Source of the DNA: a virus
Lineage: Duplodnaviria > Caudoviricetes
Direction: 5' to 3' (one strand)
Virus record (IMG/VR): IMGVR_UViG_3300025679_000008
Coordinates: 1-62,587 of that record
DNA length: 62,587 nt
Shown here: piece by piece, positions 47,455-57,354 of the stretch
Layout: each line of letters opens with the position of its first letter
Position numbering within the stretch: the stretch's first letter is position 1
Notes under the pieces: model-generated
Seen by the model: only the letters and a program-made list of their open reading frames with translations
Databases searched by the model: none
Told to the model about the DNA's origin: nothing
Position numbers and translations under genes: made by a program

Positions 47455-49243
47455 GCTCGCGGTCCCTGAGGTCAGCCAGGCGCAGCTCGGTAGCCATCGA
47501 GGCCTCCTCCCTGGTGAGGTCCCGGACGTCCTCCATCGCCACCCCCAGCTTCCGCAGGAAGTTGAGCTGCCGCGGTGACCCCAAGTTGTCGCCCAGGCGC
47601 TTCAGGATCTTGACCGTCCAGGCCCGGGCGTGACCCCGGTACTTGATCGCGGAGGTATCGACGCCCTGCTCATGCAGGAAGCGCAGCTGCCCCTCAGTCG
47701 CCGGCAGTTGGTCCCATTCCGTAGCAGGCTCCCACAGGGCCAATTCCGTGTCTCCCAGGCCCGTCGCCAGAGCGAGGGGATCAAAGACCTGGGCCATCTT
47801 GTTCTGGTGCTTCCTGGCGGCATTGGCGAGGCCTACCAGTAGGTCCCTGGTTGCCTCGACCTCGAGATCCAGGAGGTCGGTGGCCTTGGAGGTATCGGCC
47901 GCCTTCATGAGATCCCGGACCTCAGGCCTGCCGGTCACGAACTCCACGGGGCTTGCCAGGTCGGCACGGTGCCAGAGGAAGTCGAGGATCAGCATGTTCG
48001 GCTTGGCCGACGCGGCGATCGCCGCCACGCGCTCGGCGGCCGTCTGCAGCCCGTCGATGACACCAGGGAGCACTCGAGTCCCGCGGCCGTAGGCCTGCTT
48101 TATGAGGCTCAGGATCTTGGTCACCCGGAGCATGCAGCAGCAGTCGACGTCTGGGATGTCGACGCCCTCTGTCATGAGCATTGCGTTGCAGGCCACGGAT
48201 CCAGGGCCCGCGGCCCGGAACGCTGCCATCTTCTCCGCGCGGTCCTCGCAGTAGCCGGAGATGAAGGTAGCATTCATGCCCTCGCGCTGCAGTGCGGCCG
48301 CGAGCTGCTTGGCCGAGTCGACGGACGGAAGCCAGATGATCGTCTTCCGGTCCCTGGCCTCGATCGCAACCTGGCGCGCGATCTCGCCCAGGAGCGGATT
48401 CAGGCGCTCGGCAATCTGCTTCGCATCGAGATCCTTTCCGGACATCTCGACGGTGGACATGTCGATCTTGAGCGGGAGCGTCTTCACCAGCGGCCGCACC
48501 AGGTACCCGTCCAGGACCGCCTCCTTGAGGCCGTAGCTGAAGGCCCGGACCTGGAAGAACCGGCCCAGGCTGCGGCCGTCGCCGCGGTCCGGCGTGGCCG
48601 TCACGCCCAGGATCTTCGCCTTGTGCTTAAACGGGACGCCAGGCTCCGGCATCCGCCAGGACTCCTCGAGCGAACATTCCCCAAAGTGGAAGTAGCAACA
48701 GATCTTCTGGTATCCCGGCGCCATGATCCGGTGGGCCTCGTCCACGATGACCAGGGCGAAGTGATCGTCTGGAAACCCGAGTAGCCTGGCGTCCTTCTGC
48801 AAGGTCTGGATCGACGCCACCACAACCATAGCGTCCAGACTCGCGCGGTTCTCCGCCTTCTCGAGATCCGACTCGAGGCCTGTGAACTTCATGAGCTTCT
48901 CCTGGGCCTGGCCGAGCAGCTCGTCGTTGTGAGCCAGGATGAGGACACGGCCGCCGCGCTTGACGACGGCCGCGGTGACCAGGCTGAAGAGAGCGGTCTT
49001 GCCCGTGCCGGTGGCCGCCTCCCCGAGCTGCCGGCTGTAGTCCTTCCAGCCGGCCTCGACCTTGTTGAACTGCGTGACCTGGTAGTCGCGGATCTCGATG
49101 CCCTCGGGCATCGGAAGATCTATGCCGTCGAAGTCCTCGATCGCGGCCGCAGCCGGCTCGACGGCCGGTTCCAGGCCCATGAGGCGCTGCCCTGCAGGGG
49201 TAAGGCCCTGGACGCCCTGGGGCGGTAGATACAGCCGGATCAC
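47441..49243 (-). CDS. SF2 DEAD/DEAH helicase
   Basis: RDYQ, ATGTGKT, DEAH, GVTATPDRGD, MTEGVDIP, QAYGRGTR. Confidence 0.95.
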   Translation of the reverse strand: MIRLYLPPQGVQGLTPAGQRLMGLEPAVEPAAAAIEDFDGIDLPMPEGIEIRDYQVTQFNKVEAGWKDYSRQLGEAATGTGKTALFSLVTAAVVKRGGRVLILAHNDELLGQAQEKLMKFTGLESDLEKAENRASLDAMVVVASIQTLQKDARLLGFPDDHFALVIVDEAHRIMAPGYQKICCYFHFGECSLEESWRMPEPGVPFKHKAKILGVTATPDRGDGRSLGRFFQVRAFSYGLKEAVLDGYLVRPLVKTLPLKIDMSTVEMSGKDLDAKQIAERLNPLLGEIARQVAIEARDRKTIIWLPSVDSAKQLAAALQREGMNATFISGYCEDRAEKMAAFRAAGPGSVACNAMLMTEGVDIPDVDCCCMLRVTKILSLIKQAYGRGTRVLPGVIDGLQTAAERVAAIAASAKPNMLILDFLWHRADLASPVEFVTGRPEVRDLMKAADTSKATDLLDLEVEATRDLLVGLANAARKHQNKMAQVFDPLALATGLGDTELALWEPATEWDQLPATEGQLRFLHEQGVDTSAIKYRGHARAWTVKILKRLGDNLGSPRQLNFLRKLGVAMEDVRDLTREEASMATELRLADLRDRELTSG

Positions 49244-49774
49244 CTACTGGAAGAAGCCCGAGGCGATCGGGTCCAGGTATAGGTTCTCGGCGCGCTGCGC
49301 GTAGTCCCGATCGGCTTCCGTGATGCGGCCGCGCTTGAAGTTGCCGTAGCCCACCTTCCAGATCAGCGCGAAGATATAGGCGGTCCGCGGGGTCTCGAGC
49401 GTCTCCATGCGATCCATGATCCAGGAGGCGTGCTCCTGGAGCACACGCTGCGCCTCTGTCCAATTACGCCAGCTGCGCTCGGAGTACGGCATGTTCTCCT
49501 TGCTGTACTGGTGCCAGGTCGAGGCCTTCATCTGCCAGGGGCCGCGCTCGCCGTCACGGCCGACAGTGCGGCCGTCCCAATCCTCGACCTTGTCGATCGC
49601 CTTCAGGAGGTACTTGGTACTGAGCAGGCGGTAGGACGCCGGCGCCGGCCGCATGAGATCGAGATCTCGGGCGTACGCCGGCTTCGGGAGGAACGTGAGG
49701 ATGACGAATACGACAAGCGCGATCGTCATTACCTCGAGGATGTAACCTAGGTTTTCGGTGCTCATGGGTTTCAT
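49244..49774 (-). CDS. Lysozyme-like/lytic transglycosylase-like protein with N-terminal membrane segment
   Basis: KAIDKVE...GERGPWQM...W...ALIWKVG...DYAQR. Confidence 0.7.
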   Translation of the reverse strand: MKPMSTENLGYILEVMTIALVVFVILTFLPKPAYARDLDLMRPAPASYRLLSTKYLLKAIDKVEDWDGRTVGRDGERGPWQMKASTWHQYSKENMPYSERSWRNWTEAQRVLQEHASWIMDRMETLETPRTAYIFALIWKVGYGNFKRGRITEADRDYAQRAENLYLDPIASGFFQ

Positions 49775-50229
49775 GGGAGGATCTTCTGCCGTTGCCAGCC
49801 ACCAGCGGCCTTGTCCCACCAGACCAGGTAGAACATGCACCAGGTATGGATCCTGGCGGCAACCTTCAGGTTCTCGAATCCACCGCGGAAGGCGTGGGGG
49901 CCTTTGACCTCGTAAGCCAACGCGAACTTACGGTTGGTGCCGAGATGAATGATGGCATCCGGGATGAAGAAATCGGGCTTGTACCAATGGCCGCGGGCCA
50001 GCTCGAGGCGGAGAGCCTGGCTGTAAATGGTGAGATCCGCGTAGTCGACCTTCAGCTTCTCCAGGAAGCGCTCCTCGAGCTTATTGAGTACCGGCTTCTG
50101 GGACTGGCTCAGGCGCTTGTTCTCCAGGTAGGGCTGCACTTCAACTTTATCACGAGCCTTCTCGTGATTCAAGATCCTCGCCTGGACATGGAGAGGGAGG
50201 CTGGAAAGCGGTATGCCTGAGTGCTTCAA
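49771..50229 (-). CDS. PD-(D/E)XK endonuclease (DUF1064-like)
   Basis: NKLEERF...YKPDF...YEVKG...LKVAA; TTG start overlaps the upstream TGA. Confidence 0.8.
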   Translation of the reverse strand: MKHSGIPLSSLPLHVQARILNHEKARDKVEVQPYLENKRLSQSQKPVLNKLEERFLEKLKVDYADLTIYSQALRLELARGHWYKPDFFIPDAIIHLGTNRKFALAYEVKGPHAFRGGFENLKVAARIHTWCMFYLVWWDKAAGGWQRQKILP

Positions 50230-50585
50230 TTCCTGGTGGGGTCGAAGGGTTTGACCTGGCCGTCCTCGCCGACGATCCCCAGCGGGCCCTTCAGGATCCC
50301 GGACTGGTTGGGGTCGACCTCGAGCGGGTTCTTGACCAGGGTGGCCGACGTCGGGAAGAACGCGACCAGGTCCTCGATGATCGCGTTCATGATATTCTGC
50401 ACGGCGTCGTCGTTTGGCAGCGCCGTCGCGTGCTGGATCGTGTGGTAGCACACCCGGTAGCCGGCGAAGAACATCTGCCGCATGACGTTCATGTCGTCCT
50501 TGGTGATCGGGTGTGCGGGCCCGAACATCTGCACTACGTAGCTCTGGAATTGGTCCTCGATCGTTTTTCTTTTGGTGTCGCTCAT
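50226..50585 (-). CDS. Hypothetical protein
   Basis: MRQMFFAG motif; coupled. Confidence 0.7.
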   Translation of the reverse strand: MSDTKRKTIEDQFQSYVVQMFGPAHPITKDDMNVMRQMFFAGYRVCYHTIQHATALPNDDAVQNIMNAIIEDLVAFFPTSATLVKNPLEVDPNQSGILKGPLGIVGEDGQVKPFDPTRN

Positions 50586-51742
50586 TGGAATACAAGTTTG
50601 CTGCGGGTTCCCTGTTCAAGATACGGCCCGATGCGGGCGTCAAAGATCATCTCGGCCGTCTGCTCGCTCGAGCTGCCGGCCTTGGGCACGTCGAACTGTG
50701 CGGCGATCGCGTCCTCGATGCGGCCGCGGGAGAACTGCAGCGCCGGCGCCAGCCGGTCGACGTCGATCATGTCGAGCAGCTCCTCGAGGACCTTGACCGG
50801 ATCCAGGACCTTGTACTTGCCGCCCTCGAGCTTCTGGGAGATCCGGGTGCCGTCGCCGGCTACGATCGTACCAACGACACCCAGGCGCTCCTTGAGCAGC
50901 TCGCCGGCGTCCTTGATAGCCTTCTCCACCGTCTTGACCGAGATGATGATATCCCCGAGCAGCGCGTCGTCGGGCTCAGCGCGGATCCGGGCAAGGTTCT
51001 GGGGTGTAAGGAGGGTTCTCAAGTGGGTGAGCTCCGCTTGGATTGACGGGCACTGGATCCCGACCGGGCACCACTTGCATTGCTTGGGGCCGCTGTTGAG
51101 CGCGCCGGCGTCCTGGAGCGCTTCGCACACTCTCTCATCAAGCGATGACACCAGGCCCCGTAGAGCTCCACCTTCCCTTTCCAGCGTGGAGACCCTTTCA
51201 TATCCGTCCTCCTCGCTGACCAGCGGTTGAGCGATATCGAAGCGGCCGTACTCGATCCCATCGTTCATCACCTGCAGCACCAGGTATCCAAGGACCTGCT
51301 CGTTCCACTCCGCCGGCAGAACCGGATCGTTGCCCGTCTTCAGATCCTTGCCATGCCCGCGCTTGGAGTCGGCCGATGTCCCAATCACGTCCGGATGACC
51401 GTCCAAGATCCAATGTTTGAACTCCCACTCGAGCGTGGTCTCGACCTCGAGCGACCAGCTGACCGGGATGTCGAACTTCACCAGGTTGACGTACCAGTCG
51501 ACGATCCAGGCGGAGTTGCTCTTCAGCTTGTAGCCGGCCGCCGTGGGATCCACGAGGCCTCCTGGAGGCACCTGGGCGCCGAACTGCTCCACCAGGCGCT
51601 TCGCCGACAGGTAGTGCAGGACCTTGCCCTCGAGCGCCTCCTTGCCCGGCCGCGCCCGCACCCTGGGGATGAGGATCCTCGAGCCGTGGCAACTGAGGAG
51701 CTGGGGGAGTTGGCTGCATCGGATTCTAGGCTTTTGCCTCAC
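50582..51742 (-). CDS. Cas4-like/DUF2800 PD-(D/E)XK exonuclease
   Basis: CHGS...EGKVLH...GHPD...DLKTG...NEQVLGY...QCKWCP...CP. Confidence 0.85.
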   Translation of the reverse strand: MRQKPRIRCSQLPQLLSCHGSRILIPRVRARPGKEALEGKVLHYLSAKRLVEQFGAQVPPGGLVDPTAAGYKLKSNSAWIVDWYVNLVKFDIPVSWSLEVETTLEWEFKHWILDGHPDVIGTSADSKRGHGKDLKTGNDPVLPAEWNEQVLGYLVLQVMNDGIEYGRFDIAQPLVSEEDGYERVSTLEREGGALRGLVSSLDERVCEALQDAGALNSGPKQCKWCPVGIQCPSIQAELTHLRTLLTPQNLARIRAEPDDALLGDIIISVKTVEKAIKDAGELLKERLGVVGTIVAGDGTRISQKLEGGKYKVLDPVKVLEELLDMIDVDRLAPALQFSRGRIEDAIAAQFDVPKAGSSSEQTAEMIFDARIGPYLEQGTRSKLVFQ

Positions 51743-52047
51743 TTCCCCCCTCCTAACGCCTTCAAGACGGCGCGGGCTACCTCATAGCTGAGACGTAATT
51801 CTGTGACGCTGCCCTCTGGGCCGCATGACACGTTGTCCGTGATAACCTTTTGCAACCTCTCCACCAGCGCGGCCTGAGCGGGCGGTGACCACGGCAAAAC
51901 TAACACGGGAGAAGCCGACGTATCCCCCCGCTTCGTTTGGATGTGCTGGGTAACGATGCCCGTCTTTAGGTCGGTTATCGTGTGATTCGTGAGCCACATC
52001 TTGCAGCTCCTCCGCGCCCTCCTGCCCTTGGATGATGGGGGGTTCAT
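51739..52047 (-). CDS. Hypothetical protein (MNPPSSKG...)
   Basis: ATGA/GTGA coupling; island composition. Confidence 0.55.
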   Translation of the reverse strand: MNPPSSKGRRARRSCKMWLTNHTITDLKTGIVTQHIQTKRGDTSASPVLVLPWSPPAQAALVERLQKVITDNVSCGPEGSVTELRLSYEVARAVLKALGGGK

Positions 52048-52226
52048 GGGGTTTTGTCGATTAGACTGATGAATCCGAACAGGGTGCTTATCATCGCTAT
52101 AGACCCGCCAATGATGGCAACTCCGTCCCAACAGAACAGTCCCGCATGGTGCAGCAAAAACGCGATTACCATTGAGGAACCGACGACGAAGCCGGTGGCG
52201 AAAGGATGTTGTTTTATTTTGCTCAT
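52044..52226 (-). CDS. Two-TM small protein (MSKIKQHPF...)
   Basis: Hydrophobic helices; GAGGG upstream. Confidence 0.55.
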   Translation of the reverse strand: MSKIKQHPFATGFVVGSSMVIAFLLHHAGLFCWDGVAIIGGSIAMISTLFGFISLIDKTP

Positions 52227-52230
52227 ACCC

Positions 52231-52833
52231 TCATTCGGTTGCGCGATCAGGCGGGGTGGGTGGCTTCTTGAAGGTAATCGCCCACACCCACGGGTTGACG
52301 GACCATCCAAAGCCGCGCTTGGCGTTAAGGCTGTCCCAGAGGATTCGATATTCGCTTTTCCACATTTCGTCTGCGGTTTCGTCGAATATGGGCCCTGGCT
52401 TTACGCCCTCATTTTGGGCATCCCAACCGCTGATGGTTGCAACGCGCTCGACGCGAACGTCTGTGATTTCTAGGACGATGCGGCATTGAGCCTTGCGCAT
52501 GAAAATACTCGGCTTCCACATACCCGGGAAGGTGTCGTCGTCTGCCCTGTACCACGTAGAGGGCGATCCGTGAAAGTCTGTTTCGTGATAGAACGTCTCG
52601 CGCACCCAAAGGCGGTCGCCGACCTTTCCGTAGGGGCACTTGAAGTCCTGCCATTCACCGTGCGGGTTTCCGTCCAAGATTCCGAGCTGCACAGACCAGA
52701 ACTCATTGACGAGGTTTCGGACGCGCCCTCCTTCGCATGGCTGCGGTTTCACCACGCGCCGCGTCTGCGTTTTGGTGCCGTCAAGGATGGCGCGAACCAT
52801 TGCGCCGCTGAAAAGTATAGGTTTCTCGCTCAC
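52231..52833 (-). CDS. ASCH-like phage protein
   Basis: EKPILFSGAMVRAILDGTKTQTRR...GDRLWVRET...WKPSIFM...NPWVW. Confidence 0.88.
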   Translation of the reverse strand: MSEKPILFSGAMVRAILDGTKTQTRRVVKPQPCEGGRVRNLVNEFWSVQLGILDGNPHGEWQDFKCPYGKVGDRLWVRETFYHETDFHGSPSTWYRADDDTFPGMWKPSIFMRKAQCRIVLEITDVRVERVATISGWDAQNEGVKPGPIFDETADEMWKSEYRILWDSLNAKRGFGWSVNPWVWAITFKKPPTPPDRATE

Positions 52834-53135
52834 GTCTGTTCCCCCCCGCCGCTGGAGTCCGCGTTGTGAAGGGCGGCGTTGCGCTCGTCGCACCATTGGC
52901 ATTGCACCTGATGGCTCTCGCGCGTGTCGTTCTCTCCGTCCTCGCTGCATCCCCCGGTTTCCTCGACGGTGAATCCTTGCCCGTCGCAATCAGGGCACTT
53001 GGCTCTGGTTAGAAGCCCCACCAGCGCCGTTTCTCGGGCTCGCAGGAGGTCCACTTCGGCGCAGGCTGTTGCTAAAGGTCCAGTGGGCTCGAAGGTAAAC
53101 CCCCAATATTCCCCAAGGTCGTCCAGGTAGCTCAT
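52830..53135 (-). CDS. Zn-ribbon protein
   Basis: CPDCDGQG...CQWC. Confidence 0.65.
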   Translation of the reverse strand: MSYLDDLGEYWGFTFEPTGPLATACAEVDLLRARETALVGLLTRAKCPDCDGQGFTVEETGGCSEDGENDTRESHQVQCQWCDERNAALHNADSSGGGEQT

Positions 53136-53482
53136 GGCAACACCGCCCCCTTCTTCAACGCTTCCGTGGCGGCTGGGAGCGGGAGCCAACGCGCCGGGAC
53201 GCAGCTATCAAATGAGTGGTGCATTCGCCAATAGCGTTCAACTTGCCCGCTATACCAGAAACAAAGCCTGTACTGATCGTCGTCATTCAGCGTCAGTATC
53301 AGCGTCCCATCCCTCGGCGCCGTCTCCATCGGCCTCCACTCCGTCAGCAGCGCGACTTCTCGCTGCAAGGCGGCTAGGGCGGATTCGGCTTTAGCACCAC
53401 GCTCCAATAGTGGCTTCGCTTCCTCGATCCATGATTGGCACTTCGCGATAGTCTCGTAGGCTCTTATTTCATCGTGTGTCAT
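53132..53482 (-). CDS. DUF551-like protein
   Basis: WRPMETAPRDGTLIL...WLPLP. Confidence 0.8.
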   Translation of the reverse strand: MTHDEIRAYETIAKCQSWIEEAKPLLERGAKAESALAALQREVALLTEWRPMETAPRDGTLILTLNDDDQYRLCFWYSGQVERYWRMHHSFDSCVPARWLPLPAATEALKKGAVLP

Positions 53483-54000
53483 AGTGATTTGAACTCCCGC
53501 TCACTGAGCTTTTGCAACCTGCCCCACTCCGCCTTATCCACCACGATCTTGCCGTCGAGCGAGGAGGTGTGGGAGAGGGCGGCGTTCCTGAGTGCTTCGA
53601 CCGCGCCGCAAGCGACTGAGCCGTTGTCGCCCACCGGGGATATGTTGTCGCAGTCCCAATGCTCAACGACATTTTCAACAGCCTCCCGCAAGCTGACGAC
53701 CTGCGCGGCGAGGGCGTCATGGGCCTCGCGGGCGTGCTCAAGCTCTGCCACGTAGTACAACTCCATGTCTGTCAGTTTTTCCACCCGCTGCCTCAACGCT
53801 GCGGATTCGGATGTGGCGGCGGTGAGGCGTGGCCCGACTACCTCGCGGATCATCTGTTGAGCCTCGACCACCGTCAGCAGGTTGGTCCCCGAACGGTGCT
53901 TGTAGTCGCGCATCGTCGCGCAAAGGTCGGCGCAGACCGAATCCGGCAGCGGCCAGCGGCAAAACTCGTCGGCCATTTGGTTGATTAGTTCTTCGTTCAT
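53479..54000 (-). CDS. Hypothetical phage protein
   Basis: FCRWPLPDSV...GTNLLTVVEAQQM. Confidence 0.75.
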   Translation of the reverse strand: MNEELINQMADEFCRWPLPDSVCADLCATMRDYKHRSGTNLLTVVEAQQMIREVVGPRLTAATSESAALRQRVEKLTDMELYYVAELEHAREAHDALAAQVVSLREAVENVVEHWDCDNISPVGDNGSVACGAVEALRNAALSHTSSLDGKIVVDKAEWGRLQKLSEREFKSL

Positions 54001-54356
54001 AGAGCCTCCGGTGGATATTTGTCATAACCGAGTAGGCTGCATGTTCTGCATACCGCCACGGTGATCCCTATAGGGATGTTGTTTGCGATCGTCTGGACGT
54101 ACTTCTCGACCGGCAACAACTCGGCAAGCGCGTCAGCCTTCAACCGCGCAATCTCCGCGTCTTTCGCTGCGCAGGCTTGCGAGACGTGGGCGTCACGGTA
54201 CTTCCACACCATTTCCAATGCCTGCTTATGAGTGGCGAAATCCACGGTCGTGCCAAGAATTAGACCTATCAGGTCATTGGCGGTCATGTTGTGACTTGCT
54301 AAGCCTTCGTGGGCCTCGCTCGTCGGCGCAGGCGTTTGGGGGTCGGGGGTGGTCAT
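53997..54356 (-). CDS. Hypothetical protein
   Basis: ATGA-coupled. Confidence 0.65.
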   Translation of the reverse strand: MTTPDPQTPAPTSEAHEGLASHNMTANDLIGLILGTTVDFATHKQALEMVWKYRDAHVSQACAAKDAEIARLKADALAELLPVEKYVQTIANNIPIGITVAVCRTCSLLGYDKYPPEAL

Positions 54357-55240
54357 GTGCTGACCGATCGGGTGTTTTCGGTGAACCTAACGCCGGCGAG
54401 CTCCGGGAGCGGAGATCCCTTCACATGGCCCACGCAGAACTGCTCCCGGATCTTCTTCTCGTCGGCCTTCCGGATCACGAACGGCTCAGGGAGGACCGCC
54501 ACGTCCAGGACCTCGAAGTCGAGCGTCGTCACGAACTTGACGCCGACCGGCATGGCAGCGGCCGCCGGCGCCGGCGCGTGCTGCAGGCGCTCGATCGCCA
54601 CCTGGGTCTCGGTCTTAGGTGGGGCCGGAGGCGGAGCGCCCAGGACGATCAGTCTCCGGACTGCAGGGGCGAGCGGCGCAGGGGCCGGCGCGTCCACCAC
54701 GAGGATCCGGCGCACCACTGGCGAGGCCGGCTGGGCCGGTGCGGGGGACATAGGGGCCGCCGCGGCCGTTTCCCTGGCCCTGGTGGCGTCCAGCACCCTC
54801 TGGGCCGTAGCGGCCGCCTGGCGGGTCTCCTCCTCAGCCTTGACCCGGAGACGCTGCAGCTCGGCCAGGCGATCGCGCTCGATCTGGGCCTGGCGCTCCT
54901 TCTCCTTGTTGGCCCAGCCCGCCAGCTTCGCCGACAGCCTGGCCTTGGCCGTCTCGATGCGGCCCAGGACAGGCTTTGCGGCCGCATTGATCTTCCGCTG
55001 GAACGCAACCAGGGGCGCCACAAGGCCCTCGCGGTCCGCCTCGAGCGCAATCCCGTCGTCCGTTATGAGCCTCTGCAGGTCCGCGGCCGCCTGGGCGCCG
55101 GCGGCGTCCGTGATCTCGAGCTCGAGGATCTTCCTCTCGCGCGCGGCCAACGTGGACATGAAGCCCTGGTTGGCCAGCATGTAGGGCGCCGGCGGCAGCT
55201 CGCCGGCGACCACCAGGTCAGCTGTGGGGGTGTCAGCCAT
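54353..55240 (-). CDS. Coiled-coil protein of phage recombination modules
   Basis: LEITDAAGAQAA...P....RKIN; C-terminal FEVLD...P.....DEKKIR...GVRF. Confidence 0.75.
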   Translation of the reverse strand: MADTPTADLVVAGELPPAPYMLANQGFMSTLAARERKILELEITDAAGAQAAADLQRLITDDGIALEADREGLVAPLVAFQRKINAAAKPVLGRIETAKARLSAKLAGWANKEKERQAQIERDRLAELQRLRVKAEEETRQAAATAQRVLDATRARETAAAAPMSPAPAQPASPVVRRILVVDAPAPAPLAPAVRRLIVLGAPPPAPPKTETQVAIERLQHAPAPAAAAMPVGVKFVTTLDFEVLDVAVLPEPFVIRKADEKKIREQFCVGHVKGSPLPELAGVRFTENTRSVST

Positions 55241-56580
55241 TACAGAGTCCGGATCTTGCGGCCGATCGTCGCGGCCTTGTCGACAATGATCTCCTGGACG
55301 AACGGCATTACAGCGCCGTCGCTGACCTTCAAGCCCTTCAGCGTGACGTTGACCGGGCCTTCGGACTTCCAGGAGGGAGCCGCCTCGAGCTTGGGGTGCG
55401 CGGGATCCTTCATGTCGATCACGGTGGCTCCGCCGATGTGGTAGACCGTTCCCTCGAACGGTCCGCTGATCTTGGCGATGACACTCGGTTGGCCGGTCTG
55501 GTCGTTTGCGTCCATCGCGATCAGGTCGACCTCGACCTTCTCGACGGTGCAGCCCTTGAACAAGATCTCCTCGCCGTCCTTCAGCGACTTGATGACAGAA
55601 GGCGCCGCGGCCGCGGGGGGCGTTGCCAGGGTGATCTTCGTCTTGGGATCCTCGGCCGTAGGGGTCTCGGGATCCTTCTGCCCGTCGAGATCCGGGTGCT
55701 CGCCGGGTGTGGATCCATTGGACTTCTCGAGCGCGGCGCCGGCAGCTTGAGCTCCGGAGGGCCGGCGCTCGCGCTTGGGCCTGCCAGCGCCTTCTGCGGC
55801 CGCCTGCTCGCCGTCCTGGAGCGGGAAGGCCTCGTCGATCGTGGCCTCGCCGTCGTTGATGGCGGTCCGGATCCCGAGGAGCTCCGACAGCTCGCCGTCG
55901 CCCAGGTCGGCCGCACCCTTGATACCCAGGGCACCCCAGACCCTCTTCTCGTCCACGCCCAGGGACTTGATCCAGTCCTGGGCGGCCGTGCGGCGCTGCT
56001 CTATCGTGCGGCCGCCGGCCTCAACCTTGTAGGCCTCCTTCATGAGCGGCTTGCACAGGGCCCGCGGGATCACCGAGAAGGTGGCGTCACGCTGGGACTT
56101 CTTCAGGGCGGCCTTCGCCGTCACGATCCGCTGGCGCGCGCCGTACGGATTGCCGTGCTTGTCCAGGGTGGACTCGATGACCTCGGAGGCGATGAGGACG
56201 TTAGACTCGAGATCGTGGGCTACGGACCGGCACTTCACGAACTGCGGCGTCTGCTCGACGACCATCGACATGATCCGGATGTTTCCGTAGCAGGCGGCGA
56301 CGATCTCGGCCATCCGGATCGACATGCCCTCGGCGACCTTGCCGCCACCGACCGGGCGCCGGTAGATGCAGCTGGCGGCCGTCTCCTGGTCCAGGGCGAC
56401 CATGTCCAGGGCCCGCTTCTTGAAGGTCTCCATCGAGCGCGGGTACTTCTTGGCGGTGGATATCTGCACGTCGAAGGAGGCGCGCTCGAGCGCCTCGATT
56501 GCTGAAGGAGTCGTCCCCTCGAGGACGAGCTCTAATTCCTGGGTATCGCCGGGGGCCGGCGTTTCATTGGTGGTTTTCAT
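55240..56580 (-). CDS. Putative single-strand annealing/recombination protein
   Basis: DVQISTAKKYPRS...ETAASCIY...EGMSIRMAEI...YGNI; in the same operon as the exonuclease. Confidence 0.6.
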   Translation of the reverse strand: MKTTNETPAPGDTQELELVLEGTTPSAIEALERASFDVQISTAKKYPRSMETFKKRALDMVALDQETAASCIYRRPVGGGKVAEGMSIRMAEIVAACYGNIRIMSMVVEQTPQFVKCRSVAHDLESNVLIASEVIESTLDKHGNPYGARQRIVTAKAALKKSQRDATFSVIPRALCKPLMKEAYKVEAGGRTIEQRRTAAQDWIKSLGVDEKRVWGALGIKGAADLGDGELSELLGIRTAINDGEATIDEAFPLQDGEQAAAEGAGRPKRERRPSGAQAAGAALEKSNGSTPGEHPDLDGQKDPETPTAEDPKTKITLATPPAAAAPSVIKSLKDGEEILFKGCTVEKVEVDLIAMDANDQTGQPSVIAKISGPFEGTVYHIGGATVIDMKDPAHPKLEAAPSWKSEGPVNVTLKGLKVSDGAVMPFVQEIIVDKAATIGRKIRTL

Positions 56581-56667
56581 ATTCGGAAATTGTCGATTAG
56601 AGTCGCCTGCAGGTGCTCCGTGAGGAGCTAACGATTTCAGCTTCTTGCCTGGACGTGCTCTAATCGT

Positions 56668-56868
56668 TTAGCGCCGGATGCGATGGCCGTTAGGCGTATA
56701 CACCGGCGCTAAAGGTTTTGGTTTGGGAGAGGCGCGGACGATGTGGGCCTCTTTGAGAATGTGGACGATGTACGCCGACCGTGACCGCGTGGTCTCCTGA
56801 GCCTTCTTCTCGATGATTTCTGCCAACCAGTCGGGACAAGTTACGGTGATTTGCATGACGGCGGACAT
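56668..56868 (-). CDS. Arc/ribbon-helix-helix DNA-binding protein
   Basis: QITVTCPDWLAEIIEKKAQETTRSRSAYIVHILKE. Confidence 0.75.
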   Translation of the reverse strand: MSAVMQITVTCPDWLAEIIEKKAQETTRSRSAYIVHILKEAHIVRASPKPKPLAPVYTPNGHRIRR

Positions 56869-56908
56869 GGGTTTTGGATGATCTTGGGTGACCTGGTCAA
56901 TATATATT

Positions 56909-57124
56909 TCAGCGTTCGCCCAACAATTTTCCCATCACCCTCTGGAAGCACTCGACGCAAGCGCCGTGGCTCACTGGAAGGGGATGCGCCCATCTCTCAG
57001 CGGCCGCCTTCTGGGGGCAATAGCTACAGATCCGGACGCCGATACCAGGGTGCATAGCCTTGTAGCCGAGGACCGCCGGCGGGAAGCCTGGCTGCTGGGG
57101 TGAGACCTCTAGGGTGCGAACCAC
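56909..57124 (-). CDS. Small Zn-binding protein (start uncertain)
   Basis: ICSYC...VSHGACVEC. Confidence 0.6.
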   Translation of the reverse strand: MVRTLEVSPQQPGFPPAVLGYKAMHPGIGVRICSYCPQKAAAERWAHPLPVSHGACVECFQRVMGKLLGER

Positions 57125-57348
57125 AGGTAGGATTCTTCGTCCACCACGTAGACCCGGAGGCCATGGTACTCGAGGCGGTTGCCGCCGGCGCTCTCGCGGG
57201 TGAACTTCGTCCCGGTCCGGATCCTGGCCTTCTCGAAGAGCAGCTCGGCCTCTTGGCGGCCGACCAGGATCTTCTTTGGCGGGATCCCCTGCAGGGGCTC
57301 ATGGTTGTAGGCGTGGAGCGTTTGCTCGATGCGGAGCTCGATGGTCAT
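57109..57348 (-). CDS. Hypothetical protein
   Basis: ATG at 57348 after a structured leader. Confidence 0.6.
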   Translation of the reverse strand: MTIELRIEQTLHAYNHEPLQGIPPKKILVGRQEAELLFEKARIRTGTKFTRESAGGNRLEYHGLRVYVVDEESYLWFAP

Positions 57349-57354
57349 AAAAAG

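Noticed and set aside
50582-51742. cas4 of a CRISPR system
   Set aside because: Standalone phage nuclease in a recombination module
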